Part shown: in pieces, positions 9,469 through 18,379 of the stretch
Position numbering within the stretch: position 1 is the first letter of the stretch
Layout: each line of letters opens with the position of its first letter
Assembly (NCBI GenBank): GCA_016927185.1
Contig: JAFGND010000060.1
Span: 1 to 36,034 of the forward strand
Origin: Candidatus Coatesbacteria bacterium
GTDB taxonomy: Bacteria > JAFGND01
Reading direction: 5' to 3'
Length of the DNA: 36,034 nt
Notes under the pieces: model-generated
Told to the model about the DNA's origin: nothing
The model's input: only the letters and a program-made list of their open reading frames with translations
Databases searched by the model: none
Position numbers and translations under genes: made by a program

Positions 9469-10206
9469 CTAGTTTCTCGTTCTCATTATTTCTTCAGCTT
9501 TTTTCAACTGCTCTGGTGTATTGATGCCTATAAATTGCAGAGGATCGTTTGAAATAAATGCGAAAGGTCTGCCTCCCTTTCTGAAGTAAATTGAAACCGT
9601 ATCAGTCAGATAGAATTCACTTTGGGCATTATTATTATCAAGATCTTTTAACAATGAAAATAGTAAATTGCTTTCTACAAGATAGATTCCTGAATTAACT
9701 TCCCTAATTGACTTTTCATAGTCTTTTGCATCCTTTTCTTCAACAATTCCAATGAACTCATCTTTATTATTCCTGATTATCCTGCCGTATCCCTCAGGAT
9801 TCTCAAGTTTGAAAGAAAGCAGATTGAAAGGACTTTCGTTAGCTTTTTCTATGAATTCACTTAATGTTTCTTTTGTCAAGAGGGGAGTATCTCCGCATAA
9901 TATAAGCAACTTACCAGCATAATCTCTCAAGAAATTCTCAGTCTGCATTACTGCATGACCTGTTCCAAGCATTTTTTCCTGCAACACAAAAGCGATGTCA
10001 TCATAATGCATGAATTCTTGCTGGATCAAATCCGCCTTATATCCAATTATTGTAATGACTTTTTCAGGACAAAGGTTTCTTGCAGTTTCAATTACATAGT
10101 ACAGGATGGGTTTGTCAAGAATTCTATGGAGGACTTTGGGAATGTCGCTATGCATTCTTTTTCCCAGCCCTGCTGCAAGTATCAGGATAATGAGTTCCTT
10201 ATTCAC
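9469..10206 (-). CDS. GlmU N-terminal (uridyltransferase) domain only
   Basis: LAAGLGKRM..PKVLH, LGTGHAV, GDTPL, YGRIIR, VEEKD, EVNSG, NNAQSEFYLTD; stops at 245 aa with no hexapeptide acetyltransferase domain. Confidence 0.88.
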   Translation of the reverse strand: MNKELIILILAAGLGKRMHSDIPKVLHRILDKPILYYVIETARNLCPEKVITIIGYKADLIQQEFMHYDDIAFVLQEKMLGTGHAVMQTENFLRDYAGKLLILCGDTPLLTKETLSEFIEKANESPFNLLSFKLENPEGYGRIIRNNKDEFIGIVEEKDAKDYEKSIREVNSGIYLVESNLLFSLLKDLDNNNAQSEFYLTDTVSIYFRKGGRPFAFISNDPLQFIGINTPEQLKKAEEIMRTRN

Positions 10207-10558
10207 TAGTGATATATTTTTTTATTCTGTTATTACCATCCAGAAGTATATTCTTCATGTTATAGTCTTGAATTTCCTGGTCATTAAGATAAGACCATGA
10301 AAGGATTATAACCTCATCACCTATTTCTCCCAGTCTTGCTGCTGCACCATTCAGTACTATTTTTCCAGGGCTCTCTGCTATGGCATATGTTTCGAACCTG
10401 TTACCGTTATTCAGATTCAGAACCAGGATCATCTCGCCTTCTATTATATCTGCTGCTTTCAGTAGATCCTCTCCCAAACCCAAGCTGCCTTGATAGAACA
10501 GGTTTTTATCTGTTATAATGGCGGTATGGATCTTGCTTTTACACATTTTGCGTATCAT
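10199..10558 (-). CDS. panD: Aspartate 1-decarboxylase
   Basis: KSKIH, YQGS (Gly-Ser autocleavage site), NGNRFETYAI, LNGAAARL. Confidence 0.95.
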   Translation of the reverse strand: MIRKMCKSKIHTAIITDKNLFYQGSLGLGEDLLKAADIIEGEMILVLNLNNGNRFETYAIAESPGKIVLNGAAARLGEIGDEVIILSWSYLNDQEIQDYNMKNILLDGNNRIKKYITSE

Positions 10559-12489
10559 TTTTCTTCCTCTTTTTCCTGAAGAAATCTTATTACTTCTGAT
10601 AAGTCACCTGTTTTCCTGAACGCGGGTAAACTGTCAAGTATTTGCTTACCATAAAATTTGCTGTTAATTCTATAATCCAATATTGCAACAATTCCCCAAT
10701 CACTTGTTGACCTAATGAGCCTTCCAACTCCCTGCCTTAGAAGCATTATTGCCTGTGGAAGGGAATAGTCTTTGAACCAGTTTTTGCCAAGTGATTCAAG
10801 TCTCTTTGTTTTTGCATCAACCAAAGGATCCCCTGGAGAGGGGAAAGGCAATTTGTCAATGATTACTGCTTTCAATGAAGGGCCAATGACATCAATTCCC
10901 TGCCAGAAACTGCTGACACCAAATAATACTGATGTTTCGTCCTTCCTGAATTTGTCAATCAGAATGTCTCTTGATGATTCTCCCTGCATCAATAGATTAT
11001 AAGGCAGTTTTTTCTTTTTAAGTATTTCATATACCTCGTTCATGTTCTTTATTGAAGTAAAAAGACAGAGTGCACTTCCTTTTGAAGCTCTTATTATGAC
11101 TTCCATTTCAAGAGCAACATTCTGGGGAAATTCTTCTGAATTGGGTTCAGCAAATTGTCTTGGAACATAGAGAATACCACTAGTTTCGAAATCGAATGGA
11201 CTTGTGCTGATAAGTTCCATATCCTCAGATGTTGCAAAACCTGTCTTGTTCTTAAGATAATCGAAACTTTTGTTCACAGTGAGAGTCGCTGAAGTGAGAA
11301 TTATGTTACTGAAATTCTTGAATATTCCCTCAGCCATCAAGTCACTTACATCCAGTGGTAATGCCTGAAATTCTATAATATCCTTGTTTTTGTATTTCAG
11401 ATAGCAGAAATCTTTAGTATTCTTCTGTGCCATGATGAAGTCGAAATTCGCTAGAAATTCCATGATTTCAGCTGCGAAATCCTCTGCTCCCTCACTTTCA
11501 ATAAGATTGTTCTTGAAATTATTCAAAAGATTGATTAATTCAAGTGTTTCTGGTCTTGAGAGAATCTCCTTGCCTTCCCCAAACTCCAGTGAAAACAGTC
11601 CATCTATTTCGAAAATTTTCCAGAATTTATGATCAATTATCATTGATATCATTCTTTCCAGTTTTGAGCTGTTCTCGCATTTTATTCTTTCGTCTCTTAA
11701 TGCACTTCTTATTCCTCTTAAAAGCATATTGATCTGGAAATTACCGAAGATGTAACCGAAATACTGGGTTGCAACTTCTTCAAGAGTATGAGCTTCGTCA
11801 AAGACTATACAGGAATGTGCAGGTATGTTTGAAGTGTCATTTCTTGATAACATTGCTAACTCGGCAAAGAGAAGATGATGATTTACCACAAGAATATCAG
11901 ATGTCATTGCTCTTCTACGGGCTTTCTGGATAAAACAATCCTTTGAACTTGGGCATTTATGACCATAGCAGAGCATTCTGTTGCTCGAAACTTCCTCTTT
12001 TATATCACCATTCAATATGAAATCAAGCTCATCAAGATCTCCTGTGTCAGTTTTCTTGAGCCATTTGCTTATCTTGTCTACTTGAGGTTGAAGTCTGTCA
12101 TCCCAATCAAGCCTGAAGCCAAGATTAACGTAGATATTATCGAATTTTTCAAGGCATATGTAATTCTGCCTTCCCTTCAACATCATGTAAGAAAAAGGTA
12201 TTGACCACATTTTTTGGAGGAAAGGGAGATCCTTATGTATAAGCTGTCCCTGAAGATTCTTGGTGGCTGTGCTGATTATGACTTTTTTCTTTTGAAGCAG
12301 ATAAGGAATTATATATGCAAATGTCTTCCCTACTCCTGTGCCTGCTTCAACCATTGCATATCTGTTTTCTATGATTGCTTTTTCAACAAGAAGTGACATG
12401 CTTAATTGCTGAGGTCTGAATTCATATCCTTCAAGATTTCTTGATAACAAGCCCTGCTCAGAGAATATTTCCTCAAGAGAATAATTCAT
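10555..12489 (-). CDS. DinG/YoaA-family Fe-S helicase (start probably ATG 12489; track gives GTG 12504)
   Basis: Q motif FRPQQ, EAGTGVGKT, GRQNYIC...C...C....DC Fe-S cysteines, DEAH, SAT, KLPFPSP, QGVGRLIRS. Confidence 0.93.
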   Translation of the reverse strand: MNYSLEEIFSEQGLLSRNLEGYEFRPQQLSMSLLVEKAIIENRYAMVEAGTGVGKTFAYIIPYLLQKKKVIISTATKNLQGQLIHKDLPFLQKMWSIPFSYMMLKGRQNYICLEKFDNIYVNLGFRLDWDDRLQPQVDKISKWLKKTDTGDLDELDFILNGDIKEEVSSNRMLCYGHKCPSSKDCFIQKARRRAMTSDILVVNHHLLFAELAMLSRNDTSNIPAHSCIVFDEAHTLEEVATQYFGYIFGNFQINMLLRGIRSALRDERIKCENSSKLERMISMIIDHKFWKIFEIDGLFSLEFGEGKEILSRPETLELINLLNNFKNNLIESEGAEDFAAEIMEFLANFDFIMAQKNTKDFCYLKYKNKDIIEFQALPLDVSDLMAEGIFKNFSNIILTSATLTVNKSFDYLKNKTGFATSEDMELISTSPFDFETSGILYVPRQFAEPNSEEFPQNVALEMEVIIRASKGSALCLFTSIKNMNEVYEILKKKKLPYNLLMQGESSRDILIDKFRKDETSVLFGVSSFWQGIDVIGPSLKAVIIDKLPFPSPGDPLVDAKTKRLESLGKNWFKDYSLPQAIMLLRQGVGRLIRSTSDWGIVAILDYRINSKFYGKQILDSLPAFRKTGDLSEVIRFLQEKEEEK

Positions 12490-12593
12490 TGAGGAGAGCA
12501 CCACAAACCCGGTAGTGATTTTGTCAACTTATTACTTCTCAAGACTGTTTTATTGAGTAGTTTTTCTCAATTCAAAAATCATTCAGATTTGGT

Positions 12594-12666
12594 TTGACAT
12601 AAAATGTGTTATATAAACAAACGATTTCAAGAATTAAACCTAACTTGGGCTCAAACCGAAAGGAGT
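12594..12666 (+). promoter_or_regulatory. Putative -35 element and SD of the hydrogenase gene
   Basis: TTGACA at 12594-12599; AAGGAG about 5 nt before ATG 12671; -10 unclear. Confidence 0.45.
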
Positions 12667-12670
12667 AGAG

Positions 12671-14443
12671 ATGGCTGTTGTTAACTTAACAATTGATAAT
12701 GTTAAGGTTCAGGTTGAAGAAGGGACAACAATTCTTGATGCTGCAAAAACAATAGGAGTAAACATTCCTACGTTATGTGCTTCAAAGGAGATTGGTCATA
12801 CTCCTGGAGCATGCAGGGTTTGTATTGTTGAAGTGGAAGGTTCAAAGAACTTCGTTGCTTCATGTGTCTTTCCTGTAAGAGAAGGAATGATTGTAAGAAC
12901 TAACACAAAGAATGTCAGGGATGCAAGGAGAATGATAGTTGAACTTCTATTGTCAGATCATGTTGATGACTGCAACTATTGTGTCAGAAACAATAATTGC
13001 GAATTGCAGAGAGTAGCAGAAATAGTCGGAATAAAAGAACCAAAGCTTGAAAAAACTGCAAAATTCATTGATGACAGAAAAGAGGAATTAGAATTAGCAA
13101 TAGATTTATCCAGTCCCTCTATTGTCAGGGATCAAAGAAAATGCATAAAATGCGGAAGATGTGTAACAGTTTGTGCCAATATCCAGTCAGTTAACGCTCT
13201 TGGAATGGAGGGCAGGGGATTTGAACTTGGAGTTGTACCTACATTCAGTTTACCATTATTTCAGACAAACTGTGTTGCTTGTGGTCAATGCATCATGGCT
13301 TGTCCAGTTGGAGCATTACATGAAAAAGACGATGTTGAGGAAGTCTGGAAAGTTCTTCAGGACCCAACAAAACATGTTGTTGTTCAGGAAGCACCAGCAA
13401 TCAGAGCTTCACTAGGGGAAGAATTCGGAATGCCCCCAGGAACACTGGTAACCGGCAAAATGATTGCAGCATTAAGAAGGTTGGGATTTGATAAGATATT
13501 CGATACTAATTTTGCTGCGGATTTAACTATAATTGAAGAAGGGCATGAGCTTATTGAAAGAGTAAAAACTGGCGGGAAACTTCCAATGACGACAAGCTGC
13601 AGCCCTGGCTGGATTAAATTCATTGAGCATTTTTTCCCGGATCTTCTTGAAAATGTTTCAACCTGCAAATCTCCACAGCAGATGTTCGGTGCACTAGCAA
13701 AGACATATTATGCTGAATTTGCCAAGATTGATCCCAAAGATATTATTGTAGTATCAATAATGCCTTGTACAGCCAAGAAATTTGAATGCCAAAGGGATGA
13801 AATGTCAGACAGCGGTTTCAAAGATGTTGATTATGTCTTGACTACAAGAGAACTGGGTAGAATGATAAAAGAAGCCGGAATTGATTTTGTAAATCTTCCT
13901 GACGAGGATTATGATGCCCCTATGGGTGAATATACTGGTGCAGGTACTATCTTCGGTGCAACAGGAGGTGTTATGGAAGCTGCATTAAGAACTGTTTATG
14001 CAGTTGTTACCGGAGAGAATTTGCCTGATCTTAACATCACTCCAGTAAGAGGATTGGAAGGTGTCAAGGAAGCAAAGGTAAATGTTCCAAACCTTGGGGA
14101 AGTGAGAGTAGCAGTAGCACATGGGCTTGCTAATGCAAGAAAAATTCTCGAAAAAGTAAGAGATGGAGAAGCAGATTATCATTTCATAGAGATAATGACT
14201 TGCCCTGGTGGTTGTATTGCAGGTGGAGGTCAACCAATTCCTACAACAAATGAGATAAGAAGATTGAGATCAGAAGCTCTGTATAGAGATGATTGCAAAG
14301 TGCAGACAAAACGACAGTCCCATGAAAATGAATCTATCAAGAAACTTTACCAGGCTTTCCTGGAAAAACCACTTGGACATAAATCGCATCATCTTCTTCA
14401 TACCAAGTATACTAAAAGAGGGACTTCTATTCCTCATAAATAG
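12671..14443 (+). CDS. hydA: [FeFe]-hydrogenase catalytic subunit, group A (HydA/HndD-like)
   Basis: [2Fe-2S] (IPTLC...GACRVC), His-ligated cluster (H...CxxC.....C), two [4Fe-4S] motifs; H-cluster motifs TSCSPGW, MPCTAKKFE, EIMTCPGGCIAGGGQP. Confidence 0.97.
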   Translation: MAVVNLTIDNVKVQVEEGTTILDAAKTIGVNIPTLCASKEIGHTPGACRVCIVEVEGSKNFVASCVFPVREGMIVRTNTKNVRDARRMIVELLLSDHVDDCNYCVRNNNCELQRVAEIVGIKEPKLEKTAKFIDDRKEELELAIDLSSPSIVRDQRKCIKCGRCVTVCANIQSVNALGMEGRGFELGVVPTFSLPLFQTNCVACGQCIMACPVGALHEKDDVEEVWKVLQDPTKHVVVQEAPAIRASLGEEFGMPPGTLVTGKMIAALRRLGFDKIFDTNFAADLTIIEEGHELIERVKTGGKLPMTTSCSPGWIKFIEHFFPDLLENVSTCKSPQQMFGALAKTYYAEFAKIDPKDIIVVSIMPCTAKKFECQRDEMSDSGFKDVDYVLTTRELGRMIKEAGIDFVNLPDEDYDAPMGEYTGAGTIFGATGGVMEAALRTVYAVVTGENLPDLNITPVRGLEGVKEAKVNVPNLGEVRVAVAHGLANARKILEKVRDGEADYHFIEIMTCPGGCIAGGGQPIPTTNEIRRLRSEALYRDDCKVQTKRQSHENESIKKLYQAFLEKPLGHKSHHLLHTKYTKRGTSIPHK

Positions 14444-14463
14444 ATTTACAGTATTGTTAACAG

Positions 14464-14492
14464 AAAGGGCGTTTTTATATACGCCCTTTTTT
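14464..14492 (+). terminator. Intrinsic terminator after hydA
   Basis: AAAGGGCGT (14464-14472), 8-nt loop, ACGCCCTTT (14481-14489), continuing T run. Confidence 0.85.
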
Positions 14493-14511
14493 ATAAAGAG
14501 AGGTATTATTC

Positions 14512-15885
14512 TTGAGAACTGAAAAAGACTTGATAGGTGAACTTCAGATTGATGAAAATGTTTATTGGGGAATTCATACTCAAAGAGCTATTTTTAATTT
14601 CAAGGTATCTTCAATTCAGGTAAGCAAAAGATTGATTCATGCAATTGTCTTGGTTAAGAAAGCATGTCTGTTAACTAATTTTTATTACAGTTTCATTGAA
14701 GAAAAGACATTCAAGGCACTAGAACTGGCTATTGATGAAATACTGGATGGTAATTTTGACGATCAGTTTCCAGTTGATGCATTTCAGGGAGGAGCTGGAA
14801 CATCTACTAACATGAATGTCAACGAAGTAATTGCAAACAGAGCTAATGAAATACTTGGTTTCAGGAAAGGGGAGTATGCTGTTGTAAACCCTCTTGAACA
14901 TGTAAATCTCCATCAATCAACCAACGATGTATATCCGACTGCCTTGAAAATCGCCTGTATATATGGTTTCAGGGAGTTGAGCAAGAAGATTGCTGATTTA
15001 CAGAATGTTTTCCAGAAGAAGGAAAAGGAATTTGCACATATAGTCAAGATTGGTAGAACTGAATTGCAGGAAGCAGTTCCAATAACAATGGGAGCTGAGT
15101 TTTCTGCATTTGCAGAAGCTTTTTCAAGGGATAGATGGAGGATATTCAAATGTGAGGAACGCTTGAGGACAGTCAATATTGGTGGAACTGCAGTTGGAAC
15201 TGGTCTTTCAGCTCCACAGGAGTATATTTTTCTTGTAATTGAAAAACTGAGGGAGGTTACCAATCTCGGTATATCAAGAGCCGACAACTTGATGGGAGAA
15301 ACTTCTAATGTAGATCCTTTTGTAGAGGTTTCAGGGATTCTGAAAACTCATGCAAGTAACCTGATTAAAATATCTAATGATCTCAGGCTCATGAACATGA
15401 TAGATGAAATCAGGTTACCTCAGGTACAGGCTGGTTCTTCAATAATGCCTGGGAAAGTCAATCCAGTTATTCCGGAAATGATCATGCAGATTGGCTTGAA
15501 AGTAATATCAAATGATTTCCTTATAACTGAAGCAGCTTCAAGAGGAAGTCTGGAGATAAATGAATTTATGCCTCTTCTTGCTCATTCGATTCTGGAAACA
15601 ATTGATCTTCTGATAAATGCTGATGATATTCTGGAAGATTATACTTCAAAGATAATTGCAAATGAGGATCTTTGCATGAAATACTTCGAATGCAGTCCTA
15701 CCCTTATAACAGCATTCATTCCTTATATTGGTTATGAAAAAGCAACTGAAATTATCAGGGAGTTTTCAGATGATGAGGAAATCAGCCTCAGAAAATTTTT
15801 GGAAAACAAGCTTGGAAAAGAGATTGTAGAAAAAGTGCTTTCTCCATTCAAACTTACTGCGCTGGGTTACAGAAGAGATGATTAA
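14512..15885 (+). CDS. aspA: Aspartate ammonia-lyase (fumarase/aspartase superfamily)
   Basis: TTG start after AGAGGT; WGIHTQRA, QGGAGTSTNMNVNEVIAN, QSTNDVYPT, GRTELQEA, GSSIMPGKVNP signature. Confidence 0.9.
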   Translation: MRTEKDLIGELQIDENVYWGIHTQRAIFNFKVSSIQVSKRLIHAIVLVKKACLLTNFYYSFIEEKTFKALELAIDEILDGNFDDQFPVDAFQGGAGTSTNMNVNEVIANRANEILGFRKGEYAVVNPLEHVNLHQSTNDVYPTALKIACIYGFRELSKKIADLQNVFQKKEKEFAHIVKIGRTELQEAVPITMGAEFSAFAEAFSRDRWRIFKCEERLRTVNIGGTAVGTGLSAPQEYIFLVIEKLREVTNLGISRADNLMGETSNVDPFVEVSGILKTHASNLIKISNDLRLMNMIDEIRLPQVQAGSSIMPGKVNPVIPEMIMQIGLKVISNDFLITEAASRGSLEINEFMPLLAHSILETIDLLINADDILEDYTSKIIANEDLCMKYFECSPTLITAFIPYIGYEKATEIIREFSDDEEISLRKFLENKLGKEIVEKVLSPFKLTALGYRRDD

Positions 15886-18314
15886 TTGAAAAGAATATTT
15901 TCTGCAATATAGCTGTTCAGGAAGTTGTTGAGGGATATACAGTTAATATATAAAGAAATCTTGCTGTTGATCCTGGCTGGCTTCGTACAATAAAGATACT
16001 TTGTTTTTTCTTCCAGATTGATATTATTCATTGATTTGAATGGTCTTATGTATTGAGGACCTGCGAATAAGTCATTAACATCAGTCTTTTCACCATTGCA
16101 ATATACTTCAAATGAAATGTCTTTTATACCCTTAATCCCATATAGGGATACTTTTCTGACATTGTTCACTGGAACTTCGAAACTGAAGTCCCACTTTTGT
16201 GTTTTAATAATAGTTTTATAATCCATTACAAGAACAGGATGAGAGGCAAGGATGTTCCCTTTGTAATAAATATTAGCTATGTCCGTCAAGTTGTTGATAA
16301 AAAACAAGTTATATACAACAGATTTATCTATATTGATACCCGGATCATAAAAGAACCTTTCATTGATAAATTCCTCTCCATACATTTCAATGAAATTCTT
16401 CAATTTTGCTTTAAGGTTCTCTATCTCTCCAACATATAATGTATTATCAATTTCGTTTACATGAGAACCCTTTCTAAAGAAAGCCCATTTAGTAGAAAAT
16501 AGATTAGGCATATAGACTATTTTTCCACTTTCATCTTCATAAGCTCTTTGTTTTGATGAAATTACAAGATCAGAATATTCTTCCTTTATTACGAATTCCC
16601 CCTTTTCGTCTATTTTGCATATGTCCATAATTTCTGGATATTTAATTCTACTCCTCTGCCAGCTTGTATTATCCTTGTCTGTAAACCAAATGCCAGTTTC
16701 GTAATACATCTCTCTTTTGCTGGAATTGCTTTGATATATCATTGTATCACAAAAAGATAAGCCATCTGATTTCTGCTGGATATTCATTAAAGAAGATACA
16801 GTTGCCCTTAAATCAATGTCCCTTATTATTTCATCAGACTTAAATTCCATTTTACTGATGTTTTTTCCTGTTATTATGCATGGAGTCAGATTAGAGACTC
16901 CAAATAATTCGTCACCATGACCAAAACTTTCCATGTCATCATACAAATTATCTCCATGATCCCCCATTATTATTATATAAGTATTTTCTAATATATTTCT
17001 GCTTTTCAGATCCCTGAAAACATCCTCTACCTGCTTGTCAAACAGTCTTACTCCCGATGAATAGAGAAACCTGATTTGCTCTATATCATTTTCTGATGGC
17101 TTCCGAGTATCATAAAGATTGTCTTCCTTTGCATATTTATTCCTTAAAGGATTTTTTTTGTTTTTATAATATGGATAAGGTACTGCATAAGGAAAATGCG
17201 TTGTCGGATAATGAATTATTGATGCAAATGGTTTCGAATTATTATCAAGAAAAGACTTAAATTTGTGGGTTATATTGTTGACATTCATATAATTAGGCTC
17301 TAGACTTAAAGGAGAATCAAAGGTTTCAAGAAAAGGTAGAGTAAGCAAAGAGATGATAGAGGGATGCATCTTGAGATTCAGAAGATATAACATGTTAGTA
17401 TAATTCAACTTAGGCGTATCAAGAACATTTATTCCGAAATCAGTTTTTTTGAAATTTTCAGTACAGAAATCACCAAAAACTGATGTGATATATCCTTTTT
17501 CAGCTAAATCCATTAGCAAATTATCCTTGAGTTTCTTATGCTGTTTTTTATCAGTAAACATATGTCTTATTCCATGCTTCTGTACATGCTTACCTGTAAG
17601 TATAGATGCCCAACTAGGCTCAGTTCTTGCTATTGAAATTCTCAGGTTCTTTATGAAAATTCCTCTTTCTTTAAGTTTATTGATGAATGGGCAATTCTCG
17701 CCATTTATATAATCTCCCCTAAGGGAATCGCTTACAATAAACAGAAGATTAGAATCATTTGGAGAATGCAATTTTTCTATCTTATTGTAAAACATAAACA
17801 TTATCAGTATTATAATCAATTCAGGCAGGTATTTTTTTGAAATCAGATATTTTAATAATGGTACAATTAAGACGATGATGATAAGAAAAACAGGTAAAAG
17901 CCAAATTATCGGAAAGATTGATGTTGCTATTTTTATCATCAGATTGCTGATAAGGAATTTTCTGAGTATCTCTGTAAATAATGCAGGATAAGTACTCATT
18001 GAGTGCATAAGCAAGAAGAAAAAAAAGCAAAGAGCACAAAAAATGCCTACATAATTGCTTTTAGAATTTTTTCTGAAAACTGGGCTAAGCATTTTTTTAG
18101 ATTTGTCTGCCAGATGAAGGATCAGAAAACTGATGATGAAGTAAACAAGAAGGAAAAAAATTTGCAGCAATAAAACCAGACTTGCTTTTTCATGGAAAAC
18201 TCCAATAGACAATTGATTGAAATCAAGATTTATATAGGTAAATCCTTTTGTAGAAACAATATTTACCATATATACCAGCAGAGAAAGTATTAGGGATAAA
18301 CGTAAAAATTTCAT
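15882..18314 (-). CDS. Membrane-anchored sulfatase-like / alkaline phosphatase superfamily protein
   Basis: About five N-terminal TM segments; SDSLRGD, RTEPSWASILTG, THFPY, MGDHG, GHG metal-site motifs; unknown C-terminal extension. Confidence 0.8.
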   Translation of the reverse strand: MKFLRLSLILSLLVYMVNIVSTKGFTYINLDFNQLSIGVFHEKASLVLLLQIFFLLVYFIISFLILHLADKSKKMLSPVFRKNSKSNYVGIFCALCFFFFLLMHSMSTYPALFTEILRKFLISNLMIKIATSIFPIIWLLPVFLIIIVLIVPLLKYLISKKYLPELIIILIMFMFYNKIEKLHSPNDSNLLFIVSDSLRGDYINGENCPFINKLKERGIFIKNLRISIARTEPSWASILTGKHVQKHGIRHMFTDKKQHKKLKDNLLMDLAEKGYITSVFGDFCTENFKKTDFGINVLDTPKLNYTNMLYLLNLKMHPSIISLLTLPFLETFDSPLSLEPNYMNVNNITHKFKSFLDNNSKPFASIIHYPTTHFPYAVPYPYYKNKKNPLRNKYAKEDNLYDTRKPSENDIEQIRFLYSSGVRLFDKQVEDVFRDLKSRNILENTYIIIMGDHGDNLYDDMESFGHGDELFGVSNLTPCIITGKNISKMEFKSDEIIRDIDLRATVSSLMNIQQKSDGLSFCDTMIYQSNSSKREMYYETGIWFTDKDNTSWQRSRIKYPEIMDICKIDEKGEFVIKEEYSDLVISSKQRAYEDESGKIVYMPNLFSTKWAFFRKGSHVNEIDNTLYVGEIENLKAKLKNFIEMYGEEFINERFFYDPGINIDKSVVYNLFFINNLTDIANIYYKGNILASHPVLVMDYKTIIKTQKWDFSFEVPVNNVRKVSLYGIKGIKDISFEVYCNGEKTDVNDLFAGPQYIRPFKSMNNINLEEKTKYLYCTKPARINSKISLYINCISLNNFLNSYIAENILFN

Positions 18315-18379
18315 AGTTAAGCCAAAAACAGGGTTAAAACGCCTTGTTTATTTATCAAGAATTTTGGTGGATTATTTTA

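Noticed and set aside
12552..12620. ATTGAG-N8-CTCAAT and TGTTATATAAACA near-palindromes as a Rex or other redox operator upstream of hydA
   Set aside because: Poor fit to the 18-bp Rex consensus; short palindromes are expected in AT-rich DNA
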